Position numbers and translations under genes: made by a program
Notes under the pieces: generated by a model
Database searches by the model: none
What the model was told of the DNA's origin: nothing
The model's input: only the letters and a program-made list of their open reading frames with translations
In this document: piece after piece, positions 16,536 to 27,264 of the stretch
Layout: each line of letters opens with the position of its first letter
Numbering within the stretch: the stretch's first letter is position 1
IMG/VR virus record: IMGVR_UViG_3300036818_000107
Coordinates: 3,139 to 67,138 of that record
DNA from: a virus
Strand: one strand, 5' to 3'
Length of the DNA: 64,000 nucleotides

Positions 16536-18605
16536 TCACGCATACGTATTCGTTCCATAGACGCCAGTACCATAAGTACTTGTATTTGGTGGTGTAGATG
16601 TAAAGGTTGGTACTGAGTCAGAAAACCTCCCTGTTTCCGCAAAGACGAGATCTGTTTGTTGTGGATTGCTAATATTAAGCGTAGTTTTACTTCTATTGAC
16701 TGCTTTATGGTTATTGCGGATATGATCTATAAGTGTTGGGCGATATGCTCCAAGGGTATAGGAGTACTCTGCATTCCCATTGCCAAGATACACGAAGTCT
16801 ACTTGCTGCACGACAAATGGTTGATTAATGATATTATCATCACTTGATGTGAAAAAGACAATATAGCCAGCAGGAATGTATTGTGGACATTTCAGCGTCT
16901 TGATGGTTAGAGGCTTGCTCGATTTTGTGATCTCTGCCAACCCACGCTGTATCGCCGCTGCAATAGTCAGGATATTCGTGTCATTCACCTTTGCGCTATA
17001 AGTAGGCATGGTATAGTCGGGTGCGACTGGCATGTCTGACATGTCCTGATCCATGACACGGACAGAAACCGGAGCTTCATAGGTATAGTTGCAGGTCACG
17101 TTATTTGTTCCTGCACTTGGATTAAAGTTAAAGTGGATCGTCTTATTGACTTTATCGATTTCACAGGTATAACCACCTACTCCAAGCGTCGGGCCTGTCC
17201 CTTTGAAGAAGGCTTTTTGAGCATTCCCGTTAGATATAACACTTTTTACATCATAAGGCTGCTGAGTAAGATTAAACGTACTTGTCGATCCATTTGCGCT
17301 AAATGAATCAGTGATGGCAGGTGCTAGGAACTTGCCGCCTGTAACCTTAATGTCCCTCTTCCTCTGAGTGCCATCCTCTTCAGAGGCATATTCCTCATAA
17401 TTGAACGTGGTAACACCATCAGCTACCCCATCAGTGAGGCTAAAAGGTGAGGCCGAATAAAACGAGGGATTGTAGCGAAGCGTGTAGTACGGATCAACAT
17501 ATGGGATATATCCGCTCTCATCAGAAAGATGGTTCAATACCTCTCGAAAAGAGTTATCGCTGTAAGAAACAGAGTCAATAAGAGCACCACGGATAACAGG
17601 CAGAGCTGAGCTTGTATTAGGCGCTACCGAGGCATTTAATTGGCCTGGGAAGTAGTTGGTTATGACGCTCGCAATGATCTGATCGTCGTATTGGCTCTGA
17701 AAGGTCGCATTGATATTCCCGTCTTCTAGGATTTGACCAGGACCAGCTACCTCTAACTCCCATGTACGCCCCGGCCCGTCATAGCTCGGTATTTTGATGT
17801 CATCAATTGTCCCTGCAAACATGCGACATGCCCTAGAAGTCGTATTGTCAGGCATCACAGCACAGGCTACCTGAGCGTTATTGCAGTCAGGAGTGGGATA
17901 TGAGACGCCTTGAGTGGTCGCGAACCACATAGGCTCGAGCTGAGCGAAGCCATAGACCACACTTCCACTATTGCTTCCTCCAACTGTTGTCTGACCGCCA
18001 ATAAGGGCTTGGACAAACACGGTATCTGCAGGTGCTACAGCAGAGATTGAGACGCGCTGCTGAGCGTTACCTGTGGTGGATGTGAAGGTGAGGACATTGG
18101 TAGCGAGCGCGTTCCCAAAGGCGTCCAGGAATTGTAGCATGACCTGAGCCTGGGCGTTGACCAACGGGGTTGCTATCGTGGCATAGATCGAAAGCATGTA
18201 CTTTTGCCCAACATGCACGTATCCCCTAGGGCATTCCTGGACGTACAGTCCTTGGCCAAGCGCAGAATTACTAAAGGCCATCGTGAGATTCAGCCCGCCG
18301 CCTGTCACACTGATAATTCCGGTGAGCGATCCTATGGCAACCCAGTTCGTGGGATAGAGGCCATTCAGCAAGAAATTATGTGCTGGCACGGTAGGGATTG
18401 ACACGCCACTGAGGGTATTAGTAGGTGCTGCATTCTCATCAAAGATGATCACCTCATCTCCAATGGTAAAGTCGAGCGATGAGTCAGGATCAAGAAGCTC
18501 AAGAGTAGCCCTTGGCTGCTGATCTCCTATATGGCCCGAATGCGTCAATCCGCTTCCAGGTATTTTGAGCGTGCGATCAAAGCCCCCGATCACAGTGTAT
18601 GGCAT
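16536..18605 (-). CDS. Tail tip/hub protein with inserted CBM-like domain
   Basis: Follows the tape measure gene; GQKYMLSIYA..QRVSISAVAP..AQLE insert; MFAGTIDD hub motif. Confidence 0.7.
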   Translation of the reverse strand: MPYTVIGGFDRTLKIPGSGLTHSGHIGDQQPRATLELLDPDSSLDFTIGDEVIIFDENAAPTNTLSGVSIPTVPAHNFLLNGLYPTNWVAIGSLTGIISVTGGGLNLTMAFSNSALGQGLYVQECPRGYVHVGQKYMLSIYATIATPLVNAQAQVMLQFLDAFGNALATNVLTFTSTTGNAQQRVSISAVAPADTVFVQALIGGQTTVGGSNSGSVVYGFAQLEPMWFATTQGVSYPTPDCNNAQVACAVMPDNTTSRACRMFAGTIDDIKIPSYDGPGRTWELEVAGPGQILEDGNINATFQSQYDDQIIASVITNYFPGQLNASVAPNTSSALPVIRGALIDSVSYSDNSFREVLNHLSDESGYIPYVDPYYTLRYNPSFYSASPFSLTDGVADGVTTFNYEEYASEEDGTQRKRDIKVTGGKFLAPAITDSFSANGSTSTFNLTQQPYDVKSVISNGNAQKAFFKGTGPTLGVGGYTCEIDKVNKTIHFNFNPSAGTNNVTCNYTYEAPVSVRVMDQDMSDMPVAPDYTMPTYSAKVNDTNILTIAAAIQRGLAEITKSSKPLTIKTLKCPQYIPAGYIVFFTSSDDNIINQPFVVQQVDFVYLGNGNAEYSYTLGAYRPTLIDHIRNNHKAVNRSKTTLNISNPQQTDLVFAETGRFSDSVPTFTSTPPNTSTYGTGVYGTNTYA

Positions 18606-21600
18606 TATTGCGCACCTCCGCTTGTCTGAGTGGTTAGAATGCCTGATCCCCGTAGTTTCCTACTAAGCTTGTCTTCTACCTGTTTTGTCAAGTCGTCAAC
18701 CTGGGCACGGCTCCACCCACCTTGTGTGGTGACGTTGATGTTGAAGGTTTGATGGACAACTACCGGGCCACCTGCGCTACCTCCTGATGAGGATGAGGAT
18801 GAGGATGAGGACTTGCCCACAAAGCTATTCGAGACGCTGGTATTGCTACTTTTTAGTGCGCTAATGCCAATAGGAGTTGAGAGCTTATTCACAGCGCTTT
18901 GGATAAGAGGAAGGTTATCAGTAAGTCCTTTGGCGTACATCTTGACGAAATTTGGTGCCCACTGATCAGCTTCTGAGCCAGGGCCTTCTTTTGTTGGGCT
19001 ATGGAAGCCAAGGAAGCTCGCGATTTTCTTGGCTGTATCGGCTAAGGCGGTGCCCACTGCTGCTGCTTTCGCTATGATGCCATTAATAAAACTTTGAATG
19101 AGGTTCTTTCCCCAGTCGAGCGCTTTTGCTCCCCATCCGCCTACTGTGGTAGAAAGTTGGTTCCACAGATCGCTTATTGGCTTGGATACATAGTTGGTCC
19201 AAGCATTCCTAAAGAAGGTTGAGACATTCGTCCACAGAGCAGTTAGCGGGGCGACAATATAATTAGCCCAAACACCACTAAAGAAGCTAGATACAGTTCC
19301 CCATAGCGCAACGAGCGGACCCGCGATATAGCTGTTCCAAGCATTGACAAAGAAGGATGAGATGGCAGCCCACACGCCCGCTACGAAGCCAATAGCTGCG
19401 CTAAACCCAAACTGAATAGCTCCTGAGATTTGAGCCCATAGCGTCGTGGCAAACCCGACAACGGCAGTCCAGGCCATAACCAGCCATGCAATGGTTGCCG
19501 TCCAAGCACCTTGCAGCCAAACAAAGCAGCCTATGAAGAACCTTACTATTGCATCTACTAACGCTTTAAAGTAGTAGTTATGGTTGTACAGCCATATGAA
19601 CAATGCCGCTATAGCCGTAATTGGGAAGAATATAACAGCTAAAGCCAGCATGGCCCCTATTTTTATAATATTAACGATAGTATTCCAATTATTCTTTATG
19701 CCCGTGATAATCCCATTCCACAAGCCAACAAAAAAGCCAACGATCTTATTCCATATCCCCACGAAAAAGCCAGCTATGCCATTCCACACATTAGTGAAGA
19801 AACTCCCGGTGGCGCCCATAGCACTCATAAACCAAGCCGTGAAGCCAGCCCAGACACCTTGCAGGAACTTGGTGATATCTCCCCAATGCTGGACAGCAAG
19901 AATGATTCCGGCTACTACCAAGGCTATAGCAGCCCCTATCAGCAGAAGAGGCCATGTCGCAGCTATCACACCCGCTGCAGCACTCCAAGCGGCTATGCCC
20001 CAAGCAATAAAGCCCGCTATGAGAGCAGGTAAGGTTGCAAGGAACGCACCTATCTGGATGGCAGCAAAAGCTACGCCTATCCCTATGAGGAGGTCTTTGA
20101 TTATTTGGGCTTGGACGCTATTTTCATTGAAGAATTCAAGCATTTGACCGAGATCAAACACAAATGTGTCAATAGCGGGAATAACCGTACTTGTCAGAAT
20201 AGAACCAAGAGCACCAAGAACATCCTGAACGATCGGGCCTATACTCTGCAAAGTCGAGAGATCCATCCTTTGGATTTGATTGCCTAGTGTCTCGAAATCT
20301 GCGAGCAGGTTGCTAAATTGGACTGATGAAAGCCAGTTGACAATGTTCCCAAAAACTTGCCCAACAATAGCCCCAAACTGCTGAATGATCGGCATGGTAT
20401 TCTGAAAACTACGCATAAACCATTGACCGATATCTTGCACAATAGGCGCAAGTTTCACGAATGCAGGTACGATGCTCGTGCTTACAAATTGCGCTACGAC
20501 TTGCAGAGCCCCGCCGACCTTTTCACCCATGGTGATAGCGAACTGCTGAAAGGCAGGACCAGACACGATTGTCCCTAGAGCTGCAATTCCACCCTTTACC
20601 CGATCAATAATCCCGCCCGTCTGTATCATCCCGTCTTTGAGCCCAAGGAAGCTATTGAGCCCCGTCTTGAGGTAGCCACTGAGGGTGGAGAGGATACCAG
20701 ATAGTGAGGCCGACTGTTTCGCCATACCCCCTTTGTAGAGCGGGTTCATCTCTATGCCTTTGGTAAGGGCATCGATGGCTTCTTTTGCTGGTATGCCGCC
20801 ATGGCCTGCTAGATCTCTTAACGCTTCTTTCGTCTTGCCAGTTGCTAGAGACATCGCACCTAGTGCGTCAATACCATGTGTCTGCAATTGACTGATATCG
20901 CCCCATGTCGCCACACCTGCTACCTGTATTTTGCCTATCTGATCGACAACAGAAGCCATCTCAGCTTCAGTGCCATGGCCTATGCCGAACAAAGCATCAC
21001 CGAGCGATGTCATGATGGGTATGGTTTTTTTAGCATCAATGCCCATGCCGATCAACTGAGCTGCATATCCTTGGACAGGCCCCGGCTCAAATGGAGTAAT
21101 GTCGGCAAAATGATTGAGCGTCTTAATCAGCTCAGAGGCAGCCTTTTGAGACCCACCTAGCAAGGTTGTGAAGCTTATTCCTAGTTGCTCGGCACTAGCA
21201 ATAGGCTCGAGTAGCGCTTGGCCTGCACTTATCGCCCATCCAGCGATATTCTTGATACCCGTCGTGGCGTTACCAATCTTTGAGGCAAAGTTGAGAAAGC
21301 CGCCACTTGCACGTTGTATTGTTCCTTCGAGAGAGGCGAAATGCTGTCCGAGTCGCGAGACCTTGGTGCCACCATCTTGCATCTCAGCAGATGCCTTCTG
21401 GACAGCACTAGCCAGCCCATTCTCAGCTACCTTGACCTTCTCAGCAGCGAGAGCAGCCCGTGCCTGAGCCAGCGTGAGTTGCTCAGTAGAGGCTTTCCCC
21501 CCGGACGCTATATCATCAGCTTTTTTGAGAGCAACAGCCGCCGACGCCTGTGCAACTTCCAGCTTTTTACCAGCCACAGAGGCATCTAGTTGAACCTTGG

Positions 21601-21769
21601 AGAGCTTGGAGATGTCAGTACCAGCCACAGCCGCCGCTTTACTGACGTTACCTAGACCAGCTTTTGCAACAGTGCCAAGCGCTTCCATATTGCCACCAAG
21701 TGCTTTTACTGCCTGTGAAGCGGCATCCTGGACTTGCAGACGAATACGCAAAAAGAGATCATCAGCCAC
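18605..21769 (-). CDS. Tape measure protein
   Basis: 1054 aa, Ala/Gly-rich, FADITPFE motif, Trp-periodic repeats. Confidence 0.93.
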   Translation of the reverse strand: MADDLFLRIRLQVQDAASQAVKALGGNMEALGTVAKAGLGNVSKAAAVAGTDISKLSKVQLDASVAGKKLEVAQASAAVALKKADDIASGGKASTEQLTLAQARAALAAEKVKVAENGLASAVQKASAEMQDGGTKVSRLGQHFASLEGTIQRASGGFLNFASKIGNATTGIKNIAGWAISAGQALLEPIASAEQLGISFTTLLGGSQKAASELIKTLNHFADITPFEPGPVQGYAAQLIGMGIDAKKTIPIMTSLGDALFGIGHGTEAEMASVVDQIGKIQVAGVATWGDISQLQTHGIDALGAMSLATGKTKEALRDLAGHGGIPAKEAIDALTKGIEMNPLYKGGMAKQSASLSGILSTLSGYLKTGLNSFLGLKDGMIQTGGIIDRVKGGIAALGTIVSGPAFQQFAITMGEKVGGALQVVAQFVSTSIVPAFVKLAPIVQDIGQWFMRSFQNTMPIIQQFGAIVGQVFGNIVNWLSSVQFSNLLADFETLGNQIQRMDLSTLQSIGPIVQDVLGALGSILTSTVIPAIDTFVFDLGQMLEFFNENSVQAQIIKDLLIGIGVAFAAIQIGAFLATLPALIAGFIAWGIAAWSAAAGVIAATWPLLLIGAAIALVVAGIILAVQHWGDITKFLQGVWAGFTAWFMSAMGATGSFFTNVWNGIAGFFVGIWNKIVGFFVGLWNGIITGIKNNWNTIVNIIKIGAMLALAVIFFPITAIAALFIWLYNHNYYFKALVDAIVRFFIGCFVWLQGAWTATIAWLVMAWTAVVGFATTLWAQISGAIQFGFSAAIGFVAGVWAAISSFFVNAWNSYIAGPLVALWGTVSSFFSGVWANYIVAPLTALWTNVSTFFRNAWTNYVSKPISDLWNQLSTTVGGWGAKALDWGKNLIQSFINGIIAKAAAVGTALADTAKKIASFLGFHSPTKEGPGSEADQWAPNFVKMYAKGLTDNLPLIQSAVNKLSTPIGISALKSSNTSVSNSFVGKSSSSSSSSSGGSAGGPVVVHQTFNINVTTQGGWSRAQVDDLTKQVEDKLSRKLRGSGILTTQTSGGAQ

Positions 21770-21976
21770 GTTCGATCTCCTTTCTTTGCGTCTCTTCTTT
21801 TTCTTTGTCTACTTGCACTTCAGCTTGGGAACGTATCCACTGCTTTTGAGCTTCTAGCCGTGGCGCTTTGAGATAGTCGCTTTTGCAGCCATACACGCGC
21901 CACATGATCGCATCTTTTATTTCAGGGATTAGATCTGATTCGCCTCGATAACATTGGAGGCAGGTGGCAAAAAATC
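21762..21976 (-). CDS. -1 frameshift extension of the tail assembly chaperone (gpGT-like)
   Basis: Slippery GATTTTTT at 21976-21969; the -1 frame stays open to TGA at 21762, overlapping the tape measure start. Confidence 0.75.
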
Positions 21977-22411
21977 TTGTTCCTCCTGCTCGCTCATGTC
22001 AGGATTGCGGTTAGAGATTTCATTTGCAATAAAGTCGTAGTAGGGCTTGGGAAGCCTATCAACGTTCTCAGGAGAGAAGATTAAAGGCACTTCAACCACA
22101 GATCCATCTTGCTGCTTGACAGTCCTCAAGATGTTCCAACCCTTGACCATGCGCTTCAGAGTGGCAAGCTTGACCGATCCCACCTGGATCTTGACATTCA
22201 TGCCCTGCTTTTTGAGCTCTTTGCCGACCTCCGTGCGAACGAGCTGATCTTGTATCCATGCGTCATCACCGGCAGTCATTTCGCTCTGAATGATGACGTA
22301 CTCCGATGGCTTAAACCATGGAGCCCGTATACTCTCTACTTCGCTCGCATTAAATCCGTTGTTCATAGGTCCTCTTTTCAATTTCTTAAACAGTTTGCGC
22401 AGTTTCTTCAT
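21929..22411 (-). CDS. Tail assembly chaperone (gpG-like)
   Basis: VKGWNI..ENVDRLP motif; lies between tail tube and tape measure. True start may be the second Met. Confidence 0.8.
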   Translation of the reverse strand: MKKLRKLFKKLKRGPMNNGFNASEVESIRAPWFKPSEYVIIQSEMTAGDDAWIQDQLVRTEVGKELKKQGMNVKIQVGSVKLATLKRMVKGWNILRTVKQQDGSVVEVPLIFSPENVDRLPKPYYDFIANEISNRNPDMSEQEEQDFLPPASNVIEANQI

Positions 22412-22412
22412 G

Positions 22413-24119
22413 TCAGGCCGAGTAATTAGGTGCGAGTTGGTTCTGGGTTACTAACTTGAATTCGTAGCCTAGAGTATCCGTGTACTCAGTACTAAACTTG
22501 ATCTTTGCTTCTACTCTATCCATCTTCGTTGCATCTCGTTTTGCTTCTATGATCCTTGCAGCAAAGGTAAACGTCCAGTTCTTGAAGTAGATAATACTTG
22601 CTGTAGTACCCATATAGACGTTTGACAGGAATTGCACTTGAAGAAGCTGCTTGACGTTCTGTCTGTACTTTTCGTACTGGATAAGGTCAATGAAGTCGAT
22701 GGTAAGCTCAATCTCGACTTCACGCTGTTTGCGATAGAGAGCCTGATAGCGTTGGGAATTGACTGCTGGGTAGCTTCTAGTACGTGGATTTTTGAAGTTG
22801 ATCTTCCAGTCCAGAACTTGGTTGTAGGCTGTGGTACCGGGTGTACCTGCCAACGCATCAATGAACCATGCCGTTTGCCAGCCGCCGAGTCCTACATCTT
22901 GCGGTTGCCAGAGTGAAGAGAGAGCCCCGATAGAGCCAAATGGAACGTTACCCGTGCTGTTTTCAAGTGGGGTAACTGTTCTATCCCCTATCGCTAGCTG
23001 ATCCTGAGCACCGCCCTTGCAAGAGACCTTGTTCTCTTTCTCAGTACTCCCCTCAATGCTCACCTCTTCAAAGAATGCGAAGGGATGAACGAGAGCATCC
23101 ACACCTGTGTACTGCTCGACCACAATTGGACGCAGCGTATCACCAGCTCCCTGGCCAGCCAATCCGACTTGGTAGGTCTCTTGCAGCCCGATAAGGCCAT
23201 TGAACGCAACAGAACCGCCTGTGAGGCCCGTAGCAGTGATAGAGCCAGTAGAAGCAAAGACCTGCTCAGTGTAGAATGACCCATTGCCATTAGCAGCAGC
23301 AGGCATACCGCATACCACGGTTTCAGTTATGGCCTGTCCAAGGGTGTTTGTACCCGGGACTGTTACTGTTCCAACCGCCGATGATCCGGTAACAACAAGC
23401 TCTAAGATGCTTCCAGGCCCTAAAGTGTTGGGTTGCGTAGTGAGAGTGACCGGAAAAGAAGCGATGGCCGTAGTAGTCTTGAGAGCTGTAGCAGCCGCTG
23501 GTATCGTGACCTGAGTTGGGCTATTGCCTACGACTGCTCGACCGAACCATTGTGCGCAGTTGTCGAGATAGAAATCTTGCTCAAATTTGCCGATGTCCAC
23601 TACCTTGTTGAGGTTCTTAAAGTTGGTATTCCTGGAAAGCGTTCCCCTTTGTTCCTCTGGGCTATGCTTCTCTATTTTCTCTTCAGATTCGAGCATAGCA
23701 GGTACTAGCGTGCTAGCCGCTACAATACCCCAGATCCTCACGATACCGCCTGTAAGGCCTGTAACACTTACACCACTGGCATCAATGGTGTTGTATACCC
23801 CCGGTGTCACATATTCGTATGGCTGCGGATTAGACGCTGTGGATGCAACGGGTACAGTAGGTGTGGTATTCACTAATGCGCCCTGGGCCTGAGTGAAGTC
23901 CTTGCCAGTGATCGTGATCGTCCCGGTGGCAAGGTTGCCTCTCACATCAATCAGGAGACGCATGCCACTAAAGACAGATCGGCCTGACACAGCGTTGGGC
24001 TGTAGGGTTAAACTTGCTGGAAGGCTCGACACGGCAGTCGGCCCCAACAAAGGTACCAGACCAGGATTGGCAACACTTTCCAAAGCTATTCCCACCCGGC
24101 CAAGGCTCGAGTTCCCCAT
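22413..24119 (-). CDS. Major tail (tube) protein with two inserted beta domains
   Basis: Position; tube-like C-terminus (INFKN..REVEIELTIDF). Confidence 0.75.
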   Translation of the reverse strand: MGNSSLGRVGIALESVANPGLVPLLGPTAVSSLPASLTLQPNAVSGRSVFSGMRLLIDVRGNLATGTITITGKDFTQAQGALVNTTPTVPVASTASNPQPYEYVTPGVYNTIDASGVSVTGLTGGIVRIWGIVAASTLVPAMLESEEKIEKHSPEEQRGTLSRNTNFKNLNKVVDIGKFEQDFYLDNCAQWFGRAVVGNSPTQVTIPAAATALKTTTAIASFPVTLTTQPNTLGPGSILELVVTGSSAVGTVTVPGTNTLGQAITETVVCGMPAAANGNGSFYTEQVFASTGSITATGLTGGSVAFNGLIGLQETYQVGLAGQGAGDTLRPIVVEQYTGVDALVHPFAFFEEVSIEGSTEKENKVSCKGGAQDQLAIGDRTVTPLENSTGNVPFGSIGALSSLWQPQDVGLGGWQTAWFIDALAGTPGTTAYNQVLDWKINFKNPRTRSYPAVNSQRYQALYRKQREVEIELTIDFIDLIQYEKYRQNVKQLLQVQFLSNVYMGTTASIIYFKNWTFTFAARIIEAKRDATKMDRVEAKIKFSTEYTDTLGYEFKLVTQNQLAPNYSA

Positions 24120-24141
24120 GTCTCACCTTCTTTCTTTTAAA

Positions 24142-24330
24142 CTATTCTTTACTCTCTATTTGCTTCTTTTGCGCTTTGACTGCCTTTTCTTCTTCTTGAG
24201 GTTTCTCTTCTGGTGTCTCATGTCCCGCGTACGTCCCGTTCTGGAAGAAGACTTTTGTACCCGGTGGATACGTCGCCTCATGTCCCGGAACATCAACGCG
24301 CCCATTCTCATCTGCGATCTGTGTTTCCAT
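24142..24330 (-). CDS. Small hypothetical protein
   Basis: GGAGG RBS. Confidence 0.6.
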   Translation of the reverse strand: METQIADENGRVDVPGHEATYPPGTKVFFQNGTYAGHETPEEKPQEEEKAVKAQKKQIESKE

Positions 24331-24339
24331 ACATTCCTC

Positions 24340-24837
24340 CTATGGTGTCATAACAACGCTATATTCATACGTGACATGCAAAACATTGCGATATACGCGG
24401 TATACCTCACTACCTCTCACTACATACAAATACTCACCATTGTCCCCTACAATCCTATTGCTCTGGACTTGACCAGGAAGCCCAAGGTTAGCCGATGCAT
24501 GAAACATCTTTGTGAGAGCGTCCCTGATGCTTGGTAGAGTAATGCTCTCAACTTCTTCGCTGTCAGCATCGCTATAGGGAAGCGTGACCTCGAATGTGAA
24601 GTCCTGGACATCATCGATCCTTCCCCCGACAACAGGAGCGCCACCTGCAGTACGTCGCTTGGTCTCATCCTTTGGACCTAAGACAACCTCGAATGCTGGT
24701 AGGTTATCCCTGATGTCCTTGAACCTGCCGACCTTGACGTTGCCTGCTGCAAAGAAGTTAGAACCCGATACCTGCACACCTTGTGCCATGGTCTTGATCC
24801 GGTCTAATACTGCAGGGGTATTAGGACTTGATGGCAC
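24340..24837 (-). CDS. Tail terminator-like protein
   Basis: Size and position. Confidence 0.6.
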   Translation of the reverse strand: MPSSPNTPAVLDRIKTMAQGVQVSGSNFFAAGNVKVGRFKDIRDNLPAFEVVLGPKDETKRRTAGGAPVVGGRIDDVQDFTFEVTLPYSDADSEEVESITLPSIRDALTKMFHASANLGLPGQVQSNRIVGDNGEYLYVVRGSEVYRVYRNVLHVTYEYSVVMTP

Positions 24838-24839
24838 GG

Positions 24840-25265
24840 CTAACCTCCTGACAATCTTGCAAGTGCAGCCTCTACAGCTTCAGTAAATATATCGTCAATA
24901 TGCGATTTCTCTTGCTTTAGTGCTTTATCCATATAGAATGCTCCCGGATCATGTGCGTAGTATCTGCCTAGACTATCTACCCTCCCCGAGAACCCGGCTT
25001 CCCTGCGCCATGCATAAGGCAGATCGGTACCCATCCAAGACGCATAAGGGTTTTCTACTTTTTTATCCAGACTCCCTTCCAACTTGCCTGATGGATTCTT
25101 CCAATGCATATTGGCCCGTGCAGCGTCTTGTAAGCCCTCATCACTCTTCTTGTGCGCTTTCAGCAACTCATCCTCAAGAACTGACTGCCATCCTGAGAAC
25201 CGCTTTATCTTGGCAATAGCGCTAGGATCGATTGTGTAGGTAAATGAGAGCAGATCAGGCATCAT
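24840..25265 (-). CDS. HK97 gp10-like neck protein
   Basis: SGKLEGS..TDLPYAWRREAG..FYMDKAL. Confidence 0.7.
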   Translation of the reverse strand: MMPDLLSFTYTIDPSAIAKIKRFSGWQSVLEDELLKAHKKSDEGLQDAARANMHWKNPSGKLEGSLDKKVENPYASWMGTDLPYAWRREAGFSGRVDSLGRYYAHDPGAFYMDKALKQEKSHIDDIFTEAVEAALARLSGG

Positions 25266-25564
25266 GTACCCCCTGCTAGATTGGCGGGTATCTCTGAATG
25301 ATCTTGATCAAAGTGCTCTGGTCTACCAGCCACTCTATAAGAATTGATTTGACCTGAGATGTCCGCACTCTGATCTACTAGAAGGTCTCCAATCCTTGCG
25401 TCTAGCACACCTCCAATGGTGTATATCCAGTGTGAGAATGACGGTTGAGCACCTCCTATCTCGCTCTTTATCCTCATATCCTCATTTGAATCAATTTGTA
25501 CAGAGATATTCGTTTTGATAGTATTGTTAGCTCGTTTTTGAGTGACGTATCTTAGAGTGCTCAT
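25262..25564 (-). CDS. Head closure protein
   Basis: Size, position, IGDLL..YRV motif. Confidence 0.55.
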   Translation of the reverse strand: MSTLRYVTQKRANNTIKTNISVQIDSNEDMRIKSEIGGAQPSFSHWIYTIGGVLDARIGDLLVDQSADISGQINSYRVAGRPEHFDQDHSEIPANLAGGT

Positions 25565-25572
25565 ACCGTCCT

Positions 25573-25755
25573 CTAATGCACTAGTTTTATAACAATGAAG
25601 ACGATATCAGCTAACACAGCGATAACGGTAAGGACAAGAATGATGACCCCTAGAGCATTGCGGCGATCCCCCACATAGGGAGTACTCGCAGGCCAGAGGA
25701 GCAAAACAAACAAATTAAGAATAGTCAAGAAACTGAAATCTAGTAAAATGCTCAT
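25573..25755 (-). CDS. Small 2-TM protein inserted in the neck module
   Basis: Two hydrophobic helices; flanked by 16-bp near-duplicates. Confidence 0.65.
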   Translation of the reverse strand: MSILLDFSFLTILNLFVLLLWPASTPYVGDRRNALGVIILVLTVIAVLADIVFIVIKLVH

Positions 25756-26675
25756 ACCGACCTCCTGTACTTCTTTAGCTTGCGACACGCTTCCTCTACC
25801 AATGGATCTTTGTCACCACCGCTTGCAGCCCACCTCGTTTTGCGCTTGCCCAAAAGTTGCTCGATCGCCCCGTAAGGATTAGCTAGTAGCCTCATCTGTA
25901 CTGCAAAGAAGAGCGATGTTGCTTCTTTGATGTCATCAGGGATACTCTGATAGCCTCCTGTGTACGTTGTCCTCACTAGGCCCTCTCGCAGGATCATGGT
26001 CCCAGGGCTAAATCTGTACAATCCTTCGCTAGGGACTGGTATCTGTGCAGTTACATCAACTGCATTAAATTGTGTTGCAAACGAAAATGCATGTTCTATA
26101 GCTAATATATTTATGATTGGATATGCTTTCAAAAAAATGACGCGTGTGAGTCCACCTTGCGACATAGATGGCATGTGAGCATAGGCTATCTCAGCTTCTT
26201 GTGTGAGCATGATCTGTGCATAGGGATCTGAGCTAGATGATCCCCCGGCTTCTGTTGTCTCTTTGTAGAGAAAGGTCACAGCATCACCTGAGTTGTGAGA
26301 GATCTGTGTAGCACTCGCGAGATTGATAGTGCCTGGGTAAGGGCTTGCCCAGCTGGTGACGGTGACGCCACCCGGTTTAATAAGAATGGTCTCCTGACTC
26401 GACCCGGTACCGATCTGTACCGCCTGTTCGTCGAGCTGATCTAAAGTAAGCGTGCTGGCTACCGAGATCTGTGTAGCGCCTGGACTAGCGTTCTGGTTGA
26501 GAGTAGTGCTTCCAGGTGCTTGCAACCGTCTACGGCACTCAGAGTCACAACTCTGTGATGCTCTTGCCAAAAGCTTGTCAATGACGTTTGGAGCAAGAGC
26601 AGAGATAGAGGAAGACAAACCGATGCCTAGAGGAGTCTCACTGAGTTCCGTAGGAGTCAGATAAAGTCTAGGCAT
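25752..26675 (-). CDS. Head-tail adaptor with inserted beta domain
   Basis: LLARASQSCDSEC..R, YTGGYQSIPDDIKEA, LKKYRR. Confidence 0.8.
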   Translation of the reverse strand: MPRLYLTPTELSETPLGIGLSSSISALAPNVIDKLLARASQSCDSECRRRLQAPGSTTLNQNASPGATQISVASTLTLDQLDEQAVQIGTGSSQETILIKPGGVTVTSWASPYPGTINLASATQISHNSGDAVTFLYKETTEAGGSSSSDPYAQIMLTQEAEIAYAHMPSMSQGGLTRVIFLKAYPIINILAIEHAFSFATQFNAVDVTAQIPVPSEGLYRFSPGTMILREGLVRTTYTGGYQSIPDDIKEATSLFFAVQMRLLANPYGAIEQLLGKRKTRWAASGGDKDPLVEEACRKLKKYRRSV

Positions 26676-26694
26676 GTACTTCCTCTTATGCTCT

Positions 26695-27243
26695 TCATAC
26701 GTCTTCGGTATATTCAACTGAGATATCGAATGCTCCACCGCCAACGGTTACCCCATTCAAGTTGACTGCAAGCGTTTCAGTACCTCGTAGTACCACAGCT
26801 TTTGCAGGTCGGTCACCAAAGCGATGATCTAAAATGCCTGTTTGTGCCGTTGCCAGGCCAACGAATACGCTATCCACTGTCAAGGTACCGATAGCCGTAC
26901 CAAGACCAGTAGGATTGACAGTATAAGCAGCGATGGCCGCTGTAGAGGCCGTGTCAGCACTGTCATATGCCACCTTGGTAGGTGCTGTTGATGTGCCGCC
27001 CGTATCGGCTGCTGATCGCTTGATCAATTGGATATCAACATCAGCACCAGCCGTGGTTTTTGTGCCAGAAATGCGCAAGCGTGTTATGCGTACAGGTGCG
27101 CTACCAGGGGTGACGGTGAATATATCCGTTGCAGAAGCAGCAACGACTAATCCAGTAATTGACGCTATATATGTGGGCTTCTGTCCATCAGATGGACCAG
27201 CTATGGGCCGGTAATTGCTATCAAGCGGCTGTTGAAATGGCAT
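26695..27243 (-). CDS. Beta-rich structural or decoration protein
   Basis: T/A/V-rich; head region. Confidence 0.55.
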   Translation of the reverse strand: MPFQQPLDSNYRPIAGPSDGQKPTYIASITGLVVAASATDIFTVTPGSAPVRITRLRISGTKTTAGADVDIQLIKRSAADTGGTSTAPTKVAYDSADTASTAAIAAYTVNPTGLGTAIGTLTVDSVFVGLATAQTGILDHRFGDRPAKAVVLRGTETLAVNLNGVTVGGGAFDISVEYTEDV

Positions 27244-27264
27244 TTATTCCTCCAATGACCCGGC

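Noticed and set aside
18785-18812. (GATGAG)n microsatellite
   Set aside because: It encodes a poly-Ser linker in the tape measure protein and is in frame, so no phase variation is implied.
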